A stretch of DNA of 63,132 nucleotides, the filler included, from Globobulimina sp. (lineage: Eukaryota), in assembly GCA_003354225.1 (NCBI GenBank). It is 50 parts of 50 records of this genome, joined end to end, with 100 filler letters (N's around TTAATTAATTAA, not from the genome) between each part and the next. Parts side by side here need not be neighbours in the genome. Positions count along the whole stretch, not along the records: positions 61,969 to 63,132 come from PIVH01021924.1; 49 more parts are not named here. One strand, 5' to 3'. The translations under genes and the position numbers were made by a program. Of this stretch, positions 62,487-63,132 are shown in pieces (positions within the stretch are counted from its first letter, which is position 1; every line of letters begins with the position of its first letter). The notes under the pieces were generated by a model, which saw only the letters and a list, made by a program, of their open reading frames with translations, was not told where the DNA came from and made no database searches.

Positions 62487-62965
62487 TTGTGTACTTATTA
62501 TATGTGAACATATTTGTTGTAATGTAGTCGTGTATAATCTAGTGTCTAGTGTGTATTCTTGTCTGTTGCTTTTTGAAAATAACGAAAATTTAATAATTTT
62601 AAATGCAAATGTTCATATTGTCATGAAGCATTATTAATGTATTTGTTGTTTGTAGAAAAACGTATTTCTGATGTAATTCTGTTTTGCTTCCTTATTTTAA
62701 TTATTATATGATTTCGCGAATTTGACTTTTTGAATTGAAATTGATGATTTTTGATTTAAATATTTCTTTTCTTTGCAGAGTAAAAAGTGTTGATTTGTAT
62801 AAATAAAATGTATTTGCGATTCTAATTTGCTTGATTTTTACTAAACACATTAATTATTAAATGAATTAATTTTTTTACGCAATTTTTATTTAAAATTCAA
62901 TTTCGAATTTACCGCATTTTATGTCTGCCGTCGTATAGTTTTCTATTTTTACACGACTTTCGAAA

Positions 62966-63047
62966 TACCGTAATCAGGCGTGGATTACGGTAAAATCGGC
63001 GTTGGTGGCGTAGTTGGCGTAGGTGGCGCGGTGGCGTAGGTGGCGCG
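62966..63047. repeat. 10-bp inverted repeat followed by GTGGCG(TA/C)G tandem repeats
   Basis: TACCGTAATC...GATTACGGTA, then about 5 copies of (G/T)TGGCG. Confidence 0.6.
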
Positions 63048-63132
63048 TTTAAGTTTTTGCCAGAAATTCATTTTTTAATAATAAACAGGCAACTCCTAAT
63101 CAATGCACCATACCATGCAGAAACCTACAACT

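Overview
This window is not a contiguous locus. It is 50 unrelated contigs of about 1.16 kb, joined by an artificial 100-nt spacer (N44-TTAATTAATTAA-N44), so adjacency across a spacer means nothing. Most contigs look like AT-rich, gene-dense nuclear DNA of a protist with short (about 50-80 nt) GT-AG introns. The repertoire (SPRY, BTB, TLDc, 7TM and Cys-rich secreted families, POP-type organellar polymerase) suggests a foraminiferan or other rhizarian single-cell or metagenomic assembly; this taxon call is inference. Recognisable genes include RUVBL2, two kinesins, archease, PIG-W, a TPR+SET protein, a sulfotransferase, a P450 and a C-type lectin. Foreign or mobile DNA is mixed in: a diatom-type plastid rpoC1-rpoC2 fragment, a LINE, a Ty3/gypsy gag, an RHS-core toxin-like gene, a GC-richer bacterial fragment and a phage-like contig (21510-22674). 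The most striking item is in that phage-like contig: a well-formed type II hammerhead ribozyme fold on the minus strand (21790-21854) with a non-canonical AGC cleavage triplet. It directly follows a 29-codon Cys-rich sORF and is followed by a boxA-like site. All calls are from motif recognition by eye; no searches were run.
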